From NCBI GenBank assembly GCA_951406725.2, contig OX597826.1:78058001-78122000 (forward strand): a stretch of 64,000 nt of DNA, given 5' to 3'. Numbering within the stretch: position 1 is the first letter of the stretch; the number at the start of each line of letters is the position of its first letter. The translations under genes and the position numbers were made by a program. Of the stretch, positions 56,401 to 64,000 are shown piece after piece. A model generated the notes under the pieces. It ran no database searches and was not told the DNA's origin. It saw nothing but the letters and a program-made list of their open reading frames with translations. This DNA comes from Octopus vulgaris. Its lineage: Eukaryota.

Positions 56401-57004
56401 AAAACTGATAGGAAATAAATTAAGTCGGTGCTCCAGCATAGCCGCAGGCCCACTACTGAAACCATTAAAAGTATAAGAGAATACAGAGATCTTAAGACAA
56501 ACTGCATGGGACGGGGATCTGGCCTTTGGCACTCGGTTTTATCCAGCGATGTCAAACAATTGTTACTGAATCTGTTAAACGTTTACCGACAATGTGATCA
56601 ATAAATGAAAAAACATATCTTATTTAGTTTATTTAACGCTAAGTTATATTTTCATGCAAAACATAATTTTGATTACTTATTTACATAAATTATTCAGCTA
56701 CATATTCTCACTACATACATACATATACATACATGCATGCATGCATGCATCCATCCATCCATCCATCCATCCATCCATCCATACATACATACATACATAC
56801 ATATATACAAACATACATGCATACATACATACATACATACATGCATACATACATACATACATACATACATACATACATACATACATACATACATACATAC
56901 ATACATGCATGCATGCATACATACATACATACATACATACATACATACATGCATACATACATACATACATACATACATACATACATACATACATACATAC
57001 ATGC

Positions 57005-57283
57005 AAAAATGTCCTGTTGTTGATGTTGAAATTTCAATGAAGGAGACTGGATCTAGGTTAGAAACCGGTTCCTTCTGTATTGGCAAGAAATTTTGAAATA
57101 AAACTGAACAATGACATACATACATAGACATAAAATATGCAAAACTTTTCTCAAGTTCCAAATGTGGATTTGCCTGTGTTAACTACATCCCAAAGATAGA
57201 GCCTTGTATCTTTGTTGGAAACCGGGTCCCTCCTCAGTGGAAGATTGATTTATAATGATTACATAATAGAAGAGACGTACATA
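57005..57283 (+). mobile_element. Two tandem 3' ends of the RLE LINE family embedded in (CATA)n
   Basis: 57005-57113 is UTR-like (GTTAGAAACCGGTTCCTTC) and is followed by CATACATACATA. 57132 onward reads KICKTFLKFQM, then a related UTR (GTTGGAAACCGGGTCCCTCC), ending at GTACATAC. Confidence 0.55.
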
Positions 57284-58100
57284 CGCGAGCGCACGATGAT
57301 TGAAAAGTGGTTAACATTAAAACAAACCGGACTAACATTTAAGGGCATTTGAGATCAATGGAACTTATTAAGGAGCTGAATTACCCTTATATTTGCTTTT
57401 CTCTATCCCTTTCTCACACCTCTCCCCTCTTCACCTCAGGCTGATCCCAGTTCGCCTGTTAACTGCCATGGCTCAAGGATTCCTTGGGTAGTTTAGTCAA
57501 TCCGCTAATCCGTCGCTCATATTACCAACTACCCGGCCCACCCGAGCTCGGGTAGTTGAGCTTGGTACACGGACTATTCAAGACGAATGCCAATATATTG
57601 AGCCCGCTTTAGAAGGAATATACCCTCGTCTTTTAAGAATCACAGTTTTGGAGAGCGTGGATAGAAGCTTGCTTCTCAACCATATGGTTCCGTGTTCAGT
57701 CCCACTCCATAGTACGTTGGACACCTGTTTTCTACCATAGCTTCGGCCAGGCCAAAGGCTTGTGAGTGAGTTTGGTAGACGGAAGCGTAGAGAGGAGAAA
57801 ACTGGAGAGACAAGGAAAAAGGAAATGTGTAGGGAATAACGGCTCAACATGATGAAATGACCGGAAGAAAGAGGCTGAGTGAAAGGGAGATAATAACGGT
57901 GACCCAGCTTACCTAGAGTGCACAAGCGCGTGTGCGTACGTAAGAATGGTGTGTGAGTGTGTATCTGTGAATGGGAGCGGGCGCCTATGAATGTATGTGT
58001 GGGTGAGCTTAAAAACAAGTGGACGTGTGTGTGCGTATGGGAGCGCGCGCGTGTGTGTGTGCGTGCACACATGCATGTGTGTAAGTACATACATATATAT

Positions 58101-58413
58101 ATATATTGTATAAAAGATGGTGGGTAAGGCCAAAAACAATGCGAAATGCAAGATAAATCACACAAGAAAACAAATATGTAAATTAATGAAGACTTACCTT
58201 GTATTCAATATTTTGGGGTTATGGCCTCATTTTCAAGAAATTGACGAATGTTGCCGGCAACATTACTCAATTTCTTGAAAATGGGGTCATGACCCCGAAA
58301 TATTGAATATAATGTAAGTTTACGTTAATTTACATATTTGTTTTCATGTGTGACTTACTTGCATTTACTTCGCATTGTTTTTGGCCTTACCCACGATCTT
58401 TTATACAATATAT
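58101..58413. mobile_element. 313-bp near-perfect palindrome, probably inverted Penelope-like pseudo-LTR ends
   Basis: Centre AATGTTGCC|GGCAACATT at 58255/58256. Ends ATATATTGTATAAAAGATGGTGGGTAAGGCC / GGCCTTACCCACGATCTTTTATACAATATAT. Each arm carries a hammerhead-like motif. Confidence 0.85.
58272..58307 (+). ncRNA. Minimal hammerhead variant (U3-A8 core, palindromic stem III)
   Basis: UUC-UUGAAAA-U-GGGGU CAUG ACCCC-GAAA-UAUU^GAA. A mutated mirror copy lies on the minus strand at 58204-58239. Confidence 0.45.
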
Positions 58414-58452
58414 TCTACAGAATGCTTCACAGTAGTTATCCATTATAATATA

Positions 58453-58870
<418 letters not shown>

Positions 58871-59326
58871 GTATCTATATATATACATATATATATATAT
58901 GTATACACTCTTTAGCATTTGTATGATATATATTTTTATTTTGTCACTATTGTATATCACAATTGTGTGTATAAGTATATGTGCGTATGTGTGTGTGTCT
59001 GTGTGTATGTATTACGTATGTATATATACACGGCGGCGATTGAATAAGTATCAGGCTTAACAGAAGAATAAGTCCTGGAATCGATTCATTCGATTGAAAA
59101 TTCTTCAAGGCGGTTGCCCCAGCATGGTCACAGTTTAATGACTGAAATAGGTGAAACATAAAAGTTATGCGTGTGTGTGTGTACGTGTGGTGGTGAGTAT
59201 AAAATACGTGTATGAAAGGCATTGGCAGCAGAATTCCAAGAAGTGTGTTAAGACTTTTGAAAAACGAAATTGTGACAAAATAAAAATGTATATCGTAAAT
59301 GCTAAAGAGAGATGTAAATCATCTTT

Positions 59327-59393
<67 letters not shown>

Positions 59394-59537
59394 TTAATAG
59401 TATGTATCTATCCGCCGATATATATGTGTGTATTTATATATACATATATATATGCATAATGTATATATATATATATATACATTATGCATATATATATATA
59501 TGTATATATATAGACATATATATATATATGTATATAC

Positions 59538-59568
<31 letters not shown>

Positions 59569-59683
59569 CATATATTTACATATATATATATATATATGAA
59601 TAAATATATGAATAATATATATATACATACATATGTATATATATATATATACATATATATACATATGTATATATTCATATACA

Positions 59684-59730
<47 letters not shown>

Positions 59731-59752
59731 GTATGTATGTATATATATATAC

Positions 59753-59783
<31 letters not shown>

Positions 59784-60961
59784 TGTATGTATGTATGTAT
59801 GTATGTATGTATACAGATATACTTACATACATATTTACATACACAGCACAATACATACACACACACGCATCTTCAACTTTAAAACAGACAACGAATGTCT
59901 CTTCAAACGAGGCCACAGTCACCATGTCTGTTGCTGCTGCTGCTGCTGCCGTTGCTGCTGACTCTGCTGCCGCTGACATTAGCTGCTGCTGCTGCTGCTA
60001 CTATTACTGCAACTACTGGTGCTGCAGCTACTGCTGCTGCTGCCGCTGCTGCTGCTTTCATTCTTTGTTGATCGATGTATCAGCTGGTGTTAGTGCCGAC
60101 TGTGGTCATGGTGCTGTAGTAGTGGAAGTGGTTTTGCCACTGTTGCAGTGTAGGTGATAGTTCTGAAGGCTGCTCTCAATACCGCTATTGGGGCCAATGG
60201 TGATGGTTGTGCTTCTGAAGTGGTGTATATTGTTGCTGTTGTTGTTGTTGTTGGTGGTGGTGATGGTGGTGGTGGTGGTGGTGTTTTTACTGGCGGTGGT
60301 GTTGGTGGTTGTGGTGGTGGTGGTGGTGGTTGTGGTGGTGGTGGTAGTGGTGGTGCTGGCGGTAGTGGTGATGGTGGTGGTGTTGGGAGTGGTGGTGGGG
60401 GTCGTCGTGGCGAACGTGGTGGTGGAGATGGTGGTGGTGAAGAGTTTGAGAATTGTGACGATGACCGACATGACGGGGTTTGCTGGTGTCTGATTGATGG
60501 ACATACTAAGTGGGGGTCGGTGGGGGTTATGTGGTGGTTCGGGTGGTAGTACAAATCACCGTATTAGTGGCCGCATTGGTAGTTGTACTAACAAGTGGTG
60601 TCGGCGGGGGAGGTGCTGTCATTAATCCTTCGTGTTTATCCTTTTGCCAATTAGCCTTTCATCAGACCACACCAAACGTTCACAGAAGATCATACACACA
60701 CACACACACACACACATAGACACACATACACGCGCACACACACATACACACACACACACATACACGCATGCATACACATAGACACACAAACACACACACA
60801 CACATACACGCACGCATACACATAGACACACATACACACATAGACACACATACACACACACACACACACATAGACACACATACACACATAGACACACATA
60901 CACACATAGACACACATAGACACACAAACACACATAGACACACATATATATACATATATGC

Positions 60962-61001
<40 letters not shown>

Positions 61002-61031
61002 GGAGAGAGAAAAAGAGAGAGGGGGCAGAAA

Positions 61032-61073
<42 letters not shown>

Positions 61074-61235
61074 TGGCAGGCAGGCAGGCAGATAGAGAGA
61101 TAGAGAGAGAGAATTACGGTGTTGGATAAGTCCTCGTTTTTAAAATGACAGGAAGTGATTTAAGGGAGATTTGGTTCCTATTCTTCAAACAGTGGAGACA
61201 TGGAAGGGAATGCTGCTGCTGCTGCTGCTGCTGCC

Positions 61236-61748
61236 GATGATGATGATGATGATGGTGATGATGATGGTGATGATGATGGTGATGATGATGGTGATGATGA
61301 TGATGATGGTAATGATGGTGGTGATGATGATGGTGATGATGATGGTAATGATGATGATGGTGATGATGATGGTGATGATGATGGTGATGATGATTGATGA
61401 TGGGGATGATGATGATGATGGTGATGATGATGATGATGATGGGGATGATGATGATGATGATGGGGATGATGATGGGGATGATGATGGTGATGATGATGGT
61501 GATGATGATGGTGATGATGGTGATGGTGATGATGATTGATGATGGGGATGATGATGGTGATGATGATGGTGATGATGATGGTGATGATGATGGTGATGAT
61601 GATGATGATGGTAATGATGGTGGTGATGATGATGGTGATGATGATGGTAATGATGATGATGGTGATGATGATGGTGATGATGATGGTGATGGTGATGATG
61701 ATTGATGATGGGGATGATGATGATGATGGATGATGATGATGATGATGG

Positions 61749-61780
<32 letters not shown>

Positions 61781-62030
61781 GGGATGATGATGGTGATGAT
61801 GATGGTGATGATGATGGTGATGATGGTGATGGTGATGATGATTGATGATGGGGATGATGATGATGATGGTGATGATGATGATGATGATGGGGATGATGAT
61901 GATGATGATGGGGATGATGATGGGGATGATAATGGGGATGATGATGGTGATGATGATGGTGATGGTGGTGGTTGTGGTGGTGGTGGTGGTGGTGGTGGTG
62001 GTGGTTGTGATGGTGGTGATGGTGGATGTT
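61236..62030. repeat. (GAT/GGT)n array with an internal ~307-bp duplication
   Basis: The landmark GATGATTGATGATGGGG has its TT at 61394, 61536, 61702 and 61842, giving offsets of 308 and 306. Confidence 0.85.
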
Positions 62031-62711
62031 GGTAAGCATGGTATCGGCGGCAATGGTGGCAGTGGTGGCAGGGGTGATGCTAGTACTGATGGTATTGTTA
62101 ATGATAATGGTGGAGGCGGTGGTAGCGTTTGATGGTGGTGGTGGTGGTGGTAGTGGTGGCGAGGGGGGTGACGGTGTTGATAGCAACGATGCTTCGCGCC
62201 CATTGTATCGTTATCGTGTTGTTGTTGTTGTTAGCGGAGGAAGTGGTGGTGGTCGTGGTGGTCGTAGTGGTAGTGGTTGTGGTGGCAATGGTAATGCTGC
62301 TGCTGCTGCTGATAATGGCAGTAGTGGTGATGGTTCTATGGTTGGTGACAATACCTTCCAGTCTCTCCATATTCTTCTATATCCAAAACTCAATGGATCT
62401 CCTCCAACGCCGTGGCTTTTCGCAACTGATTTCCAAAGAAATCAATAAAATTACCCCCTCCCCCTTTTCCTCCTCCCCTTCCTCTTCCTCTCCCCATCTA
62501 TCTCATCTCCTTTTCATTCATATTATCACGAGCACAATGCACGCACACACACACACACACACGCATACGCAATTACATTTACACAATCTCCTTCACTCTC
62601 TCTCTAATACATACATACCTGTATCTATCTACCTATCTATCTATATACATATATATATGTGTGTGTGTATGTATGTAAATGCATATATATGAATATATAT
62701 ATACACACATA

Positions 62712-62755
<44 letters not shown>

Positions 62756-62807
62756 CAAACATAAACATATATATATACATATATACATACATACATACAT
62801 ACATACA

Positions 62808-62843
<36 letters not shown>

Positions 62844-62947
62844 CCTATATACATACATACATATATATACATACACATACATATAAACATATGTACATAT
62901 ATATATACATACATATATATATACAAACATAAACATATATACATACA

Positions 62948-62983
<36 letters not shown>

Positions 62984-63130
62984 TACCTATATACATACAT
63001 ACATATATATACACACATATAAACATATGTACATATATATATATATATATACATACATATATATATACACGCACACATAAACATATGTACATATATATAC
63101 ACACATAAGCATATATACACATATATATAT

Positions 63131-63165
<35 letters not shown>

Positions 63166-63750
63166 CCTATATACATACGTACATATATATATATATATAT
63201 ATACATCCATATATATCTTAAATTTCATTTTTCTGGTTAGTTTTCTCTGTCCTCTTCTTTTCTCCGTCCTCAGCTTCATCATCATCAAATCTTTCTGCAT
63301 CCTCCACGACTCCTGCCTCCAACCCCCCACCGCCAAACACTACCGCCACCGCCACACCACTTATGTCAACTACACTCGCCCCATTCAGCGAGGGAACAAC
63401 TAATCAGGCGACCACTGCATTGCTAGACATAGCACCCAAATCCCACCAGTCACGCTTTTCCTTCTGAAGGATAAAGAACACTGGATAATGTAGTCCAAGA
63501 ATACCATAACCAAGTCAAAGATAGCCGAGTCTCAGCTGAGAAGCTTTGGATCATACCTTTACCTTATCAGCGAAACCAACTTATATATGTGTATGTATAG
63601 ACACACACACACATACTTATACACACACATACACACACACACGCATACACATACACGTATGTGTGTCTACTCAACCACTGCTTAGTTACCTCCCTCACGA
63701 TTTTATTTTCAATTCATCTTTGGTTAGATAAGCACATATACACACATACA

Positions 63751-63827
<77 letters not shown>

Positions 63828-64000
63828 AAACACAAACACACACACACACACGCACACACACATGCAATACAAAGGCAAATACATACATACACACATGCAA
63901 TACATACATACAAAGATGGAGCATCATATCCTTGTCAGAAACCGGTTCCTTCCTCACAGGAAGAATTTAACCAATTAAAAACAGAAGAGAACATGTATAT

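Noticed and set aside
61178-62448. His/Ser/Gly/Asp-rich ORFs
   Set aside because: Translations of (GAT/GGT)n arrays with frame-breaking indels. No domain or splice evidence.

Overview
Eukaryotic, AT-rich, extremely microsatellite-dense DNA ((TA)n, (ACAT)n, (CA)n, (TAA)n, (GAT)n, (GGT)n) with no recognisable host protein-coding exon. Nearly all ORFs in the supplied track are translations of simple repeats. The repeat repertoire suggests an intergenic or intronic region of a coleoid cephalopod such as Octopus (inference, not verified). Supported content: two near-full-length decayed Tc1/mariner elements (DD36E-type at 26859-28100, DD41D-type at 36101-37335); a Mutator/Foldback-like MITE with a nested RTE-derived insert; fragments of RTE, CR1-like, L1/Tx1-like and restriction-like-endonuclease (R4/Dong-type) LINEs; and several tRNA-derived SINE families. 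The two most interesting signals are these. (1) A set of non-coding fold-back elements carrying Penelope-type hammerhead ribozyme motifs, including a ~380-bp hairpin whose apex is a type I hammerhead (53446-53824) and a 313-bp palindrome with a U3-A8 variant hammerhead (58101-58413). (2) Up to six RLE-LINE 3' ends, five of them abutting (CATA)n in the same polarity, suggesting a (CATA)n-targeting retrotransposon. All calls were made by eye, and many coordinates are approximate.
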